Part shown: positions 42,116-54,480 of the stretch, piece by piece
Layout: every line of letters starts with the position of its first letter
Numbering within the stretch: the first letter of the stretch is position 1
Assembly: GCA_949358305.1 (NCBI GenBank)
Contig: OX442314.1
Coordinates: 19,778,001 to 19,842,000, forward strand
Reading direction: 5' to 3'
DNA length: 64,000 nt
Source of the DNA: Strigamia acuminata
Taxonomy: Eukaryota
Program-made: the position numbers and the translations under genes
The notes under the pieces: generated by a model
What the model was told of the DNA's origin: nothing
The model's database searches: none
What the model saw: only the letters and a program-made list of their open reading frames with translations

Positions 42116-43099
42116 CTAAAGAAATATTAATAATTCTCAGAATTATTAATTAAATTCAGACAGTCGTAAATTGCCTTATGAATTCTTTAAAAGGATGCAT
42201 AACACAATTTCGAGAGAAAAAAAGAATACTAAGCAGGTGTATTGGTTATTCTGTATAAGTCCAAGACTCAAACAACATAACCAACTTATTTCGAAAAATG
42301 GAAAATAAATGGCAGAAAACAAATCGGGTTATCTCAATCTTAGATGCTCATTTATCTGTCGGCGTCCTCTAGTGAGGATTTTCGACACTAATAACTGAGA
42401 CACGTAATTTAAAATATTCCCGTTCGTGAATTCATAACCTTATTCCATTTTTTGCATGTATTATTTAACTCTGAGATTTAAACAATATTTACCACTCATG
42501 ATTCCGTTGATATCAAAAAGAATTCAGTTCAAAGTGCGTTGAAGTTTTTGAACACGCGTTGGTTTCGTAAGAAGTGGTCTCGTCGTATTTGCCGGAAAAT
42601 ACTACGTATTTTTCAAAGCAACAGTCTGAGCATATTTGTCGAATATAATACGAAATATATATATAAAACAATGTTATTCTTACGACAAAATTCCAAAATG
42701 GTGACTAACGAGCGAAGTGCCGATAGTCAGCTGACAGTAACTAGGTCGAAGGTCGTGGCCGGTAAAAAACTTGACTAAAATCCTTTACGTTGAGTTTGCT
42801 AAATAAACAAGTGAATATTTGTCTCATATTCTTTGAAAGAAATATAATACGAATATCTTACATAAGATTGACGATGATAATTTACGAGAAGTCGCTCAAG
42901 AAGATGTTTGTTCAGCCGTTTCGTAAAACGAGAGTGACTGGACATAACTCTCCAAACAGGTGTCTCGATAATCGGTGACTACTCTGATTGGTTGTTAATT
43001 TTAACTCCAATTATTTCAAAGAAATAATAGGGGGGTAAGCGCATCTATGTAAATTATTTTGCATGCTCAACTCGATAAAATTATATATTTCTTAGAAAT

Positions 43100-45565
43100 T
43101 TATAATTTACCGATCTGGATTTTTGATACAAAATCATCATATTTCTTGTTGGGTTTAGCAACGCGTTTCGACCTTTTGACAGGTGACGAATTCTTTCTTT
43201 TTTCTGATTTGTTGGGTGCGAGAGTACGCTCTTCCGTAGTTATCGGGGGGACATCTCCTTTTTCGAGAGAATTAGGGAAATGCTCCTCCATCCAACTCGG
43301 GGTGGGGTGTACATCGTCCGTACCTTCAATTTGATCTGCCGACCAAGTTTCTACAGGATAAGACGGGATATAGGGACACAAATCTTGAATATTAATGGAT
43401 GCTTCGATAGAATCATCCGCCAATTTTCGAAGAGTATAGGCGCCACCTCCTAATACCGCCGTGATCTCCCAAGGTCCGTCGCGTTTCTCGGCGAAGCCCG
43501 CCGTGATTCCCTTCTCTTTATTGGACAGGATATGGGTCGCCTTCCAAACTAGATCGCCTATGTTGAATTCACAAATGTAAAACTTATTCCTGTGTATTCT
43601 ATCATGGCGCTCGTAATTAAGTTGGATTCTCCGGTGCATTTCTTGATGTGCTCGTCGGAGCACATCAAGAATACTGTAAACATATTCCTCAGGATTATGT
43701 TTATCGAATTTGATAGCGTGTTGTAAAACACGTGGATCAAACGGCAAGGGAACCGATCTTCCTGTATTCAACATCATTGGTGAAAATCCTAATGATTCCG
43801 ATTTTGCCGTTCGCGAAGCGAACGCAAATTCGTTTAGGAACCTTGGCCATTTAGAATGAATATCAGAATAAAGAGCCAGCATCATTTTGATATTTCTATT
43901 GGCCCTTTCGGTTGGATTCGCGGCTGCATGATAGGGGCTCACGTGTGAAATATTTATATGATGTTTTTTGCAAAAATCATTATAAATAGTGCTGACGAAC
44001 TGTTTGCCGTTATCAGAAAGGATTTTCTTGGGGTAACCCCAACGATGAATCACTTCACTGAGTCTGTTTACGATTGACTCGCTGGTAGCTTTTGTTAGTG
44101 CGAATAGCTCAATCCACTTAGTGCATTGATCTATCACTACAAAGATCCACTGTAATTGCGATCGACCTGCGGGTTTCGGGCCCATCAAGTCAATGCAAAT
44201 TGTCTCCCAGGGCGTCGTCATATTGTGAGGCGTGTAAGGTGCCCTTCGCTGGCGATGTTGCCCTGGTTTATATTGTTGGCAATGAGCACAGCCCCGGACA
44301 TAATGTCTCGTGTCTTTGCTCATCTTAGGCCAAAAATATGTTTGTTTCGCTCTGTCAAGCGTTTTGCTCATGCCCGCGTGTCCACTGAGTGGATGTCCGT
44401 GGCAAGCAAATAGCACTCGTCTCACGAGAGATCGAGGAACTACCGCCTTGAACCCGTTTCCCGAGTCATTGAGTTCCTCCTCAAAAGTTGGTTGGAAACA
44501 GATGAGCATCCTGCTGCCATCTTCTCCGCTCTCGTCGAGACAGTAACTTTGAATGGACATAATCCATTCTTGGTCAGTGCATTCTTTTCGTTTCTTTTCG
44601 TTAGATTTTAAATAAATTAAAATTCTATTACAAAAAGCATCCTTTAGCTGTTCTGCTACGATTTCTGCACGCGTTGGCGGGACTTCGTTCAGCACGTCGG
44701 TTAGGGCGCTAAAAAGAGTCTCCTTTCTATCTATTCCTTCCCCCTTTTCTCCAAGATCAATTAAATCTTCGATTTCATTGGACTCGGAGAAATCATCAAA
44801 ACGAACATTAACGTTGGCGAGAAAGGGATGTGGGGGCTCGTCCGGGACAACACTCGTGTTCCTGTTGCCTACCCAGGTCGGGAAAAATTGATGAATTTCC
44901 TCCGGTTCCAGGTAGTCAGTAACAGGTGTGTCTAAGGCTGAGAGCGGTGCTCTAGACAGTGCGTCCGCAACTTGATTCATAGCACCCTTTCGGAACACTA
45001 TTTTAAAGGCGCCGCACTGAATTTTGACCGCCCAACGGCCAAAACGTCCCGATGGTTCAGGTGTTGACATGAGCCAGCCAAGTGCTTGTGCATCTGACTC
45101 TAGAGTAAACGTAGTATACTCTAGGTAAGGCCTGAAGCGATCTATAGCCCACACTACAGCTAGACATTCTAACTCTGGTGTTGAATAGCGAACTTCCGCT
45201 CCTCGCAAAACTCTACTTGCGTAAGCAACAGGTTTTGGCGAAGGAACCCACTTCTGCGTCTTTTCGTTAAATACATTGACATCTTGGCACAACACGGCAC
45301 CGAGTCCCGTATGTGACGCGTCTGTCATGACTACGAAAGGTTTCAGCATATCCGGCATGTGGAGCACTTGGTGCTCATCACACAGAATATCTTTTATTTG
45401 ATTGAAAGCAGTTTCTTGCTCTTCGCCCCAGTCGAAGACAGCATTGGTGTGCATCATACGTGTTAAAGGTAATGCAATCTCAGCATGATTTGGTATAAAT
45501 TTACGAAAAAAGTTTGCCAAACCATGGAAGCGCTGGATATCTTTAGAGCACGTTGGTGTGGGAAA
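43100..45565 (-). pseudogene. pol: pol 3' part: RT connection, RNase H, integrase (separated from the 5' part by a frameshifting deletion)
   Basis: FPTPTCSKDIQRFHGLANFFRKFIPN. RNase H motifs TDASHTGLGAVL, ELECLAVVWA, ADALSR. Integrase H-H-C-C (HGHPLSGH...CAHC), D,D(35)E (IDLMG, SDNG, TERANR) and GPY/F-like DGPW. Confidence 0.92.
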
Positions 45566-47177
45566 CTAACTTATCTGGATCCGCCATTAACCCTTCGGGT
45601 GTAATGAGGTGACCCAAAAACTTTAGTGACGTTCGTCCCAACTTGGTTTTGGATTTATTAACCGTCAGATTGGCTTTATCTAATCTCTCCAATACGTCTT
45701 TTACGTGTTTAACATGGTCCTCCCAATTTTCTGAGAAAATTATCAGGTCATCCAGATAAACTAAAACGTGTTCGTGTAGAGCTTCTCCCATCACTTGAGT
45801 CATCAAATGCTGAAAGGAGCTTGGAGCGTTGCATAGACCAAACGGCATGCGCTTGAATTGAAACTTCCCCTTAGGGGTGTAAAAAGTGGTTTTCTTTTTG
45901 TCAGTTTCATTCATCGCCATTTGGTAGTATCCTTTGGTTAAATCCAGAGAGGAGAAATACTTCGCGTGATTGGTATGATGGATGAGCAAGTCGATGCTAG
46001 GCATCTGAATTGCGTCCACCTCCGTTATGGCATTCAGCCAACGATAGTCAATACACAGGCGGTATTTCCCGCCAGGTTTTGCAACGATGACGGGATGACT
46101 AACGTATGGACAGGAGCCTATCACGGGTTCAATCAGGTTGTCCGCCTCTAGTTCCTCGACCAAACGAGTCATGATCGCTTTCTTCTGGGGGTTGTACATA
46201 CGATATGGCTGAATTTTCCACTTAGCATCCTTTTTAAAAGTAATGCTATGTGTGGCCAAATGCGTACAACCGACTTCGTCGCGAAGTGCATTTCTAGCCT
46301 CTAAAATTACAGCCCGAAGTTGTTCCTTTTGTTCGTCTGAGCCGTCACAGTCTAAGACTAATAAATCGGCCCAGTTTTCTGGTGTATGAGTCTCTGTTTT
46401 GCCAACGGCGAGTGTATGTAACCCGGCTAGTGTGCTCTCGAAATCTCCGATTTCGTAAGGCGCGGTCCAGCCAGGCAGCCTGTCGCAGGTGAATACTGCC
46501 CGCATGGGATTTAAGTTGATGCCCGTTCGCCGCATGAAATTATGGCCGATTATGAGATCGCACACGTTTTCTTTCAGTACGACAAAGTTAATAGGTGTAA
46601 ACTGTTTCTCGTCTCCCCATTTGACACACAGAGTGATTTGTCCAATGGGTCGATGATCCACTCCCACTGCGCAGACTCGCATTCCTCGGGGGCACTCCTG
46701 TACATAATCACTGGGGGCTCTTGTCTGAGACAAAAGCTGGGCCCCAATGAAACATTGAGTAGCTCCAGAGTCCATTAATGCGTTATAGGTGAGCCCTCCG
46801 ATTTCGATTCGCATTCTAGGTGTATCGGAAGTCCGACCAGTTACTGCATTTACAAATTCGACAGAGTCTCCATGATGTAATCTTTTGAGGTTGCAGAATT
46901 TTTTATGATTCCACTGACCTTTAAAGATAGTCATACGCTCCATTTGTTTTGTCATAGAGTCAATACCTTCCTGAACTCCTCCGGTGGAACTAGTTGCGCG
47001 ATCTTGGATCGGAATTAATTCATCTGAAAGTTCAAGTTGGCCTAACACCTCGGCCAGTTCGTCCATAATTGGTATTTCACCTCTTCGAGGTGGAAACAAA
47101 TCATCGGTGAACTCAGAGAAAGGAAGGTGGCAATTAGTAGTGGGGGGTTGGGATAAAGTCACAACCCCCTGCACTAG
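45566..47177 (-). pseudogene. pol: pol 5' part: aspartic protease and reverse transcriptase
   Basis: Protease LMDSGAT. RT motifs RLCIDYRWLN, SLDLTKGYYQ, MPFGLCNAPSSFQ, VYLDDLIIFS, KFLGH. It lies in the -1 frame relative to gag and is entered at the slippery site. Confidence 0.93.
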
Positions 47178-47183
47178 TTTTTT
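47137..47183 (-). promoter_or_regulatory. -1 programmed ribosomal frameshift signal (gag-pol)
   Basis: Slippery heptamer A AAA AAC (47183-47177) lies immediately before the gag TAG. After a 7-nt spacer comes the stem GGGGGTTG/CAACCCCC, extendable by TAGTG/CACTA. Confidence 0.85.
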
Positions 47184-49225
47184 GACGTTTCCTTTTTCTC
47201 GGTAGATGGAGCTGGGGTGGCTGCAGGTGGGTGCAAGTACTTAGACAACAACTCAGTCATTGTGCTTTGTATATTTGACTGAAAAGCTCCTAGCTTGTTG
47301 TCTAGTAAATCGACGGTGACCCAATTCGGTTTAGGCCGTTTATTCTCTTCTGGCAAGGTGTTGGAAGGGTTTGGACGCTTAGCGACATCACCCATCTTGT
47401 TCTTATTTAACCACTTAGGGCACTCACGTTTGAAATGCCCAGTTTCATGGCAATAAAAACACTTGCCCGTTTTATTTTCCGTATACGTAGTGAATAGTCT
47501 CTCCATTTCGTCTTCGCTCTCCGGCTCGTCTTCGCTTTTAGGTTCGCTACTCGTCTTAGACGGATAATCAACCTTAGAAGCGCGAAGAGCGGCTTTATTT
47601 GGAAAACGACTGTCTTTGGCATTTACGGGAGTATTTGCCGAAGTCTTGTCGCTATTGTCGTATTTGAGACGTGCGGAGTGTTGCGCTCTCGTCTCGAACA
47701 TACAACGATGACGACCGACGAAATGAATAATTTCATCGACCGTCTTCTTTCCATAAAGCCCCTTGTTAACTAAAAGAGCGAAACTTTCGGGGGTGATATT
47801 GTCGTACAGGTGGGTCACTCCCTCTTGACTGCCTTCAGGTACTTTCCCTTGAGCTTGTGAAAACCGCAAGAGAAAGTCATAAAGGCTTTCGTCTGCTCGT
47901 TGAATTACGTTACGCAACCGTCGCGCTCTGGTGAGAGGGACCAAATCGAAACGTTCTAAGAACGCATCTTCAAAGATGTCCCAGCTCAAGAAGCGATGCG
48001 ATTCTTTTTTGTACCACGTTTGAGCATGTCCAAGTAAGTAGCCGGGTACTACGTCATGGATCATCTCGTCAAGTGGAACTCTTTTTAGACTAGCGACAGA
48101 TTTAGTAATCTCTAAAAATCTCGCTACATCCTCCTGCCGGCCTTCAAATGCAGGGATGTCTAATCCCTTACAGATGTTGCGCCGAAAATTGGACTCATTC
48201 CTTGGGGGTTGACCCGTCAACCCCTGAATAATGGCGGTCAAGTTTTCCCGCGAAAGACTTGGCACAAAATTCGAATTTTGGTCCGAGTCGTTACGTCTAT
48301 CACCTCTCATTCCGTGTGGCGAGATAGGTCGGAAATTTGGGCGAGGGCGAACAAAGGGGGGAGGAGTTGTCGAACTCCTTCGTCCCCCTTGGCTCGGAGA
48401 ATTATAACCATGATTGGTTTGAGAACCGTTACCATGATTATAAAAATCTTCGCCGTTAGATTGATGAGTAGCGTTCGCCGTGAACTGTCGTGGTCTCGGA
48501 CCAAGCGGTTCCCGACGAGTTGGCTGTTGCTGAGTGTCCTCAGCTCGCTCACTGCGATCCTGACCACCATTGGTTATTTGGTGACAAGTCAGTTGGAGAT
48601 GTTCCTCTCGGTGACGAGGGTTTGAACGAGAGAAGTCTTGATCTGAGTTGAAAACCACTCTTTCGGTGACTGGGGGACCAGTTAACCTATATCGAGTGGG
48701 CGACACTGAGTGGCGCCTACCTTGCGATTTTTGGTTATCTGTCCGTAGGATCGATGGGGGTTCCGTCGGACTCCCCCTTATCGATAAATCTAACCCTGCG
48801 TCGCCGTCTGTGTTCCCTCCAACGGCCTGTGAAACGGGCCTAATTGGTGTAGAAACACGTGGCGGAAGCGGGTTAGTGTCTCAAGGTGACAAATTTTCTC
48901 GAGATAAGGGTAAGTCCCGTGGTTGCACATAAGTAATAGGCGCATTTCCACTTGATTTCCCCCTATTCAAGATCAATTCATCGGGCGAAGTGGCTGAATG
49001 ATTCAGCGAATTTTCAGCTGGCTGATTCAACGCTACGTAGTGCTTGGCTTCTGCCAACGTGGCGAAGCGTATAGCGTCTAACTTGAAATGGCGGCAATAC
49101 GTTTTCAGGCCGTACGCCACGTTTCGAGGATTTCCCTCGTCGTCAGAATCATCCGATGAATGGTGAGTATCGTCTTCAGCGCCTTGGTTCATGGAAGCAA
49201 ACATTTCGGGGTGACTACGAGACAT
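47174..49225 (-). pseudogene. gag: gag (~683 codons, one in-frame TGA at 48883-48881)
   Basis: Track ORFs 48881-49291 and 47174-48706 are the same frame, joined across a single TGA. First ATG at 49225. Capsid-like LLGHAQTWYKKESHRFLSWDIFEDAFLERF and knuckle CFYCHETGHFKREC. Confidence 0.88.
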
Positions 49226-49410
49226 AACTAACGTTTCTAGCGCTGAAATCCTTGACTTAACTAATCTGTCTAAATACACGAACGTAATCACGTTTTTCTA
49301 AGAAAAATGTAATTACAAGAGAACTCAACTAGCGGAAGAAAGAATATATCGTAATATATTCGTCTAACTGATTCTGATACTAACGTTACACTGAATGTAA
49401 AGATTTACGT

Positions 49411-49517
49411 TAAACTGGTGTGTAGAAAGAACACACTTAAACTCACTATCAAATGGAAAATTCACACTTTTAAGTTTTAAACTGGCGTTTATAAGGAACA
49501 CGCTTAAACTAATAATA
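49411..49517. repeat. Imperfect ~35-bp direct repeat pair in the retroelement leader
   Basis: TAAACTGGTGTGTAGAAAGAACACACTTAAACT versus TAAACTGGCGTTTATAAGGAACACGCTTAAACT. Confidence 0.6.
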
Positions 49518-50008
49518 ACTGAAATACTACTTAACTTTACAGCTAAACGGCTCGAAAACTGGTCAAATGGTCACAAAGGATGGTGGCACACAGGAACGGT
49601 CTGGAGACGTCTTGGTCAGTCGCGTCAAACTCGATAATCGTCCTAATCCAGGCCTATTGTCTTTCCCGCGAATGGGTGGGATGGACAAGGAGTGACACAG
49701 TTGACGTTAGTCACCTGTGCATTCCTAACTGGACATTCACTTTCTTGGAAGATCTCCTGTGGTTTCACCCTCCTTCGTGTTGGGGAGGGAAATAGGAATT
49801 TTCCCCCTTGCCTCCTTTATCTAATATTTCTTTGAAATATTAAATAGCAGAAGGATGGTAAATAATTCAAGCCTTGCAAAAGACAGGAAAAATTCGAACA
49901 TAACAATCTTGTTAATTCTTCATTATTTCTAAGAAATATCAAAAGATAAACAGATAAAATTTCCATTTTTTACACTCACTAAAATTCAACTTTCAAATCT
50001 TGCAACCT

Positions 50009-50026
50009 ATCTCGGTAGAACCTCCA
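50009..50026 (-). promoter_or_regulatory. Primer binding site, complementary to the 3' end of tRNA-Gln
   Basis: Minus strand TGGAGGTTCTACCGAGAT, 2 nt (CG) after the 5' LTR. Its complement ATCTCGGTAGAACCT+CCA matches the 3' end of metazoan tRNA-Gln as I recall it. Confidence 0.85.
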
Positions 50027-50028
50027 CG

Positions 50029-51706
50029 TGTGACAATGTTCTTTCGGCGCAAGTATCTAACAATACTTGGTCGAGAAAAGCTATGTCAAACTACTAAAAG
50101 CTCACGAGAACAAGTTTAACAATAAATGAAAGTGAATTATTGCCCCAGTGTAAATAAAATGGAGTCGTGGGTTTTCTCAAATCATATGACATTTATTTAG
50201 TATAACTCCGTTATATAAATAAAATGGCCTACAAAAATGGCCAGTGATAATACGATTGGTGTCCTTGGCTCCGAAATAGATGGGTCAATACATCGTATTC
50301 GCATGGAGAAAAGATGTCATCTATCGTCGGGCTGACTGGTCTCTGGTTCGGTTCTGTAATGGCGGTATCCGAGGCTGTGCGGTTGACTTATTCCACATTG
50401 TCACAATCTCATGTAAATATCTAAGATATTTGCATAGAGTATTGCTGTTACGCTGTTTGGATTACGCATACTTTTGTTATCAAGTATGACGTAAATAATT
50501 CATCATGTGGGAATTAATGATATTTAGGCGTCACACATAACTCGATGAGTATATGTCGTGAGCCAATGGTCATTATGTCGTCATCTGGATTACAACAAGC
50601 AAATTTGGTTATCATTTGTTTGCTGTAATGTTTACTTCCGGTTCTGTGTCAATCGAGTTCTTTATCGTGAGTAAAACTTCGTTTTACATCATGATACGAT
50701 GAAATGATTTATACAACTGAGTTGGCTAAATCCAAGCTGTAAAAGTACAAATATGAAATCCTACCGGGTCCGAACGGTAAGCGTCATCCATCGCTCAGCC
50801 CGGTATCCTCGCGATCACACAGTCGCCGTCTGCCTCACAGGATTTGGCGGCAAACATCATCCATCGCCCAATCCCGCGGCGTCACCTAGCCTAGCGAGTA
50901 CTAAATGCCCGTCCAGGCCTAATTCCTCGCCAGTCCGGATGGTCATGACCACAGACAAGGATGGAGGTTTCCTCATCCAGGGTCGTACTCACGAAACACA
51001 ACATTATTCGTGGCTTCAACCTCAATCAAAGGCTGGTGATGCGCTATCGTTTCGATAGCACCCAAAGATTGTCTTGCAACAATCCGCATTTCACCACAGG
51101 TCATGGTAAGCAGCACCATTTAAGGCGGGGAATGCATATAAATATATATGCGGGCTCAAGTAAGTAAGTGTTCAACAAATATCATGACAAGAGCGTTGTA
51201 TTTCCGGTTGCAAGGGAATATATGCTCTTAGAGCACAATGGAACTTCCAATGCTCCAATGGGGACATGAGTCCTCGGAATCCCTCCAATCACTGAGTGAG
51301 AGGTCGGATTCTGAGGCCACTTGCTCAATTAGATGACTTCCAGATGCTAAACAGGAACTGGATACCCAGGACTTAGCTCTCTCCTAGGTCAGGACAGGAA
51401 CTGGATAGCGGGGACACAATTTGGATTAAGTCTTTGACTCAAATCCACAGGGTGTCCATAATTGGTGCAGGTGCGCAAAGGTGAGTAACCTTTCAACTTG
51501 GGTTTATGATATATTCTCTGAATAATGTCATAAACGGTCCAATAAGCCTCTAAACTAATAAATATACAAGGATATAATGTTAGCTCCACATAAAACTCAG
51601 TTTTATGTAGTTTTAGCACTAAATCTTCTATTCTGGTTAAATCTGCCGCTAAAAGTAGAAAACGCCATCTATCGGTAAATTTAGTCATTATGACGTAACC
51701 GTCATA
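50029..51706 (-). repeat. 5' LTR
   Basis: Direct repeat of 37967-39644. Followed in element sense by the PBS and bounded outside by the AGCT TSD. Confidence 0.96.
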
Positions 51707-54046
51707 AGCTGACGTAGATAAATGTGAATCCTCATTGATTTCATTGCTTAGAAACTAAAAATAAGCCATTTTATTTTCCAAGTTCATTCCTATCAATAAT
51801 TTAAACAAAAAAAAAGTCCAATAAAACAAATTGTAAATATCAGAAATACAATTTGCAAATATCACAGAAAGTATAGTTTTCACTCTCTTTAACCCTAAAG
51901 GATCACCGATCTGTCAGACAAAAAGAGGCAGTCAAGCGAGTGTCTTGAAGAGGAGACAAGACCCGAGGGTAGACTATACCAGGTGGAAATAACGTGGTCG
52001 AAATAAGTCCCTGCTGGTAAAGAACTGGTCTCTAAAGCCTCACTTTCACTCTTTCTCAGGAATACAGGCCTGATAGGCTAACAACCAATTTCCAATTCAA
52101 TGGACAATTAAGATGGAACAAGTTTCTCAACTGGCACTGATAGTGCGAAATAAATTTCCCTCAATCTGATACAAAGTGCATGCGATCAGTTAGCGCCTTT
52201 GTTTTATTTTAATTCCACCAATCAGCATACCAAATTGCCAAACTAAATCCAACTTCTTTCTACAACTTTTTCTTTAAGTAGTGCAAGTAGGTGCTACAAT
52301 CTGTTTTGTACTATATTTATGAAGATAACACGCGAAAGCGTTGTTACTTACTTGAGAATAGGGGAACTTGGCCCACACTTTGCACAACATAATTCTTGTT
52401 TTACAGAAATCAATACCTGTAAAAAAAAAAACCAAAACAAAAAATAAAGAGAAACCTTTTAGAAAACCTTTTAGATCTATCAATATTATTTTTCATTTTG
52501 AAAATATTGTTACATTTTTTAAATATGAAACCATGATTGCAATCCCAAATAAGTTCCCATTTGTGCAATCAAGAATTATACTTGTATTGGACATTTGTTG
52601 TTTCAAAAGACAAACATCCACAGTCTGTGTAAACTTGTCTGAGTAAAGTCTGTGCATTGGTTGTCAGAGCATTGTATAAATACAAATACAAACAAAAAGA
52701 AGTATCTATTTCATCAATTATTTTTTTCTTTATCCCGTCAACTTGTTTGTTTGTGATTATTACATTTTTAAGCCATAAAAATGTCTAACAACAATCCAAT
52801 ATTGACGATTACAAGTATATACCAGCATTCCAAAGCAATACAGTTGCAAATCAAATATCTGGTTGGTTAGCAACATTATTCGGGTTAGTATTAAAGCTGT
52901 TCCCCTTTAGGTATAAATCTTTCAGCTGAATACGCATTATTTAAAAATTAAAGCATAAATTTTAAAACATTTGCCAAAATTTTAGTTAACGAAGGTAAAT
53001 CAATTAACACTCGTTTTTCATTAAAATTTCACAAGAAAAATTATTCAAACGTACAAAATCCATCCAAACGTTCGTATAAACTAAAAACAAAAAGACCGAC
53101 AAAAAAAGATCCTCTAAGAAAAAAGGCTCAGAAAATGCTTTGATTTCTAAACGAACCGGAACAGCAACTAACATAGAAAAATCGTCACAACAACTGTTGG
53201 AATTTTCCCAACCTAGAGAATCTTCATCCATACAAAAGCTGCAACCACGACCGTAAAACAAACACAAGTAAAAATTATTGCCGTCTTGTTTATAACTCAA
53301 CAAGGACGAAACAAGTAGCATTTTGAACAAAGCAATGCGTTTTAATGACTCGAGTGTCCAAACCGAGCGAATGAATATAACAGGGCAATGCATCCGCCAT
53401 GTGTCACCTTGGGGTCGTTTTAGAGTATCTGACACCAAAGATTGAGCGCTAATTTCCATCTGCTGAGCTCCCTTCGTGATAGGTTGTCCAAATTGATTTA
53501 TTCTAGCTAATTGCATTCTTAATATTTCCACTTACAAATCATTTCAATTCATCACTCCTCCGGGTATATTCAATTCAAAAGGGTTATTGAATTATGCTTT
53601 GTCTTGCAATTAAGTCTCCGCTGCCACCTTTAATTCACCTGATCGGCTCCAAACTTCCCATTTTAGAGAACTGCTTCGAGAGAAACCTGATCCTCTGACA
53701 TAAAGTGTCAGGTGGTTTTTTCCCCACGAGCATCGTACGATGCGCTTCACCACGCTTTCGTGATGGTATAAATCAGCACCCATTTTTCCTGTCTGCCTTC
53801 CATTTTCCTTTAGTTTATCGGGTAGACTAGAAATCAAGCAATTTCACGACCATTTTATGATTTATTTCCACAATATAAGGCTAATTTGACCGGAGGAAAA
53901 TATCAAAACCAGTATTTATGTAAACTTTAATAACAAAAATACGTCTCATTACATTTCAAGCAACAAAAGTCAAGTTACAAATAATCACCAGAAAAAGATG
54001 ACTATAAATAAGTATAAAATAAACTCATAATTTGTCATCAGCTTAA

Positions 54047-54480
54047 AGGTCATAAGAAAAGAAAAATAAAAATTGACCAAACCTGTTGTTCTTAAGTGAT
54101 CAATTGTTTCCAGATTATTCTATCGTTTGTTTAAACTTTGAAAAATTGTTAAAATTTTTATTAGTTATTTTGAACATATACGCATGCACCCAATAACAAA
54201 TAATTATTTACTGAATATTAAAAGCCCAATAACCTAACAGTACTGTCAAATTAATGAAAAAAAAATTTAAGAACTTTTAAATGAAGCCAAGCCCATGCTA
54301 AAAAGCGCCACCAACGACAACTTTTTGAAACTTTCTTAAACTAAAAATGGAGGACGTTTAACAATTTTTCAAAGTTTAAACAAACAATATAATAATCTGG
54401 AAACAATTGATCACTTAAGAACAACAGGTTTGACATAAGTAATCTTCTTGTCAATTTTTATTTTTCTCTTCCTATGACCT
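54047..54480. mobile_element. Non-autonomous Kolobok-like element (TTAA TSD, ~110-bp TIRs)
   Basis: TTAA|AGGTCATA...TATGACCT|TTAA. The long arms include AAACCTGTTGTTCTTAAGTGATCAATTGTTTCCAGATTATT and its reverse complement. AG..CT termini with TTAA fit Kolobok better than piggyBac (CCC..GGG). Confidence 0.8.

Larger units (their letters stand above)
37967..51706 (-). mobile_element. Full-length Ty3/Gypsy LTR retrotransposon (13,740 bp) with an extra ORF
   Basis: Two 1678-bp direct LTRs. 4-bp TSD AGCT (37963-37966 and 51707-51710). PBS and PPT present. Gag with CCHC knuckle; pol domain order PR-RT-RH-IN, which is the Ty3/Gypsy order. Confidence 0.97.

Noticed and set aside
43029..43037. Central polypurine tract (AGGGGGGTA)
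   Set aside because: It is on the + strand, antisense to the element, so it cannot prime plus-strand synthesis.
49995..50026. tRNA gene
   Set aside because: Only the 18-nt 3' end including CCA is present, which is the retroelement PBS, not a full cloverleaf.
53004..53837. 175-aa and 75-aa minus-strand ORFs
   Set aside because: Non-ATG starts, no recognisable motif and no consistent exon chain. A diverged gene or TE relic cannot be excluded without a search.
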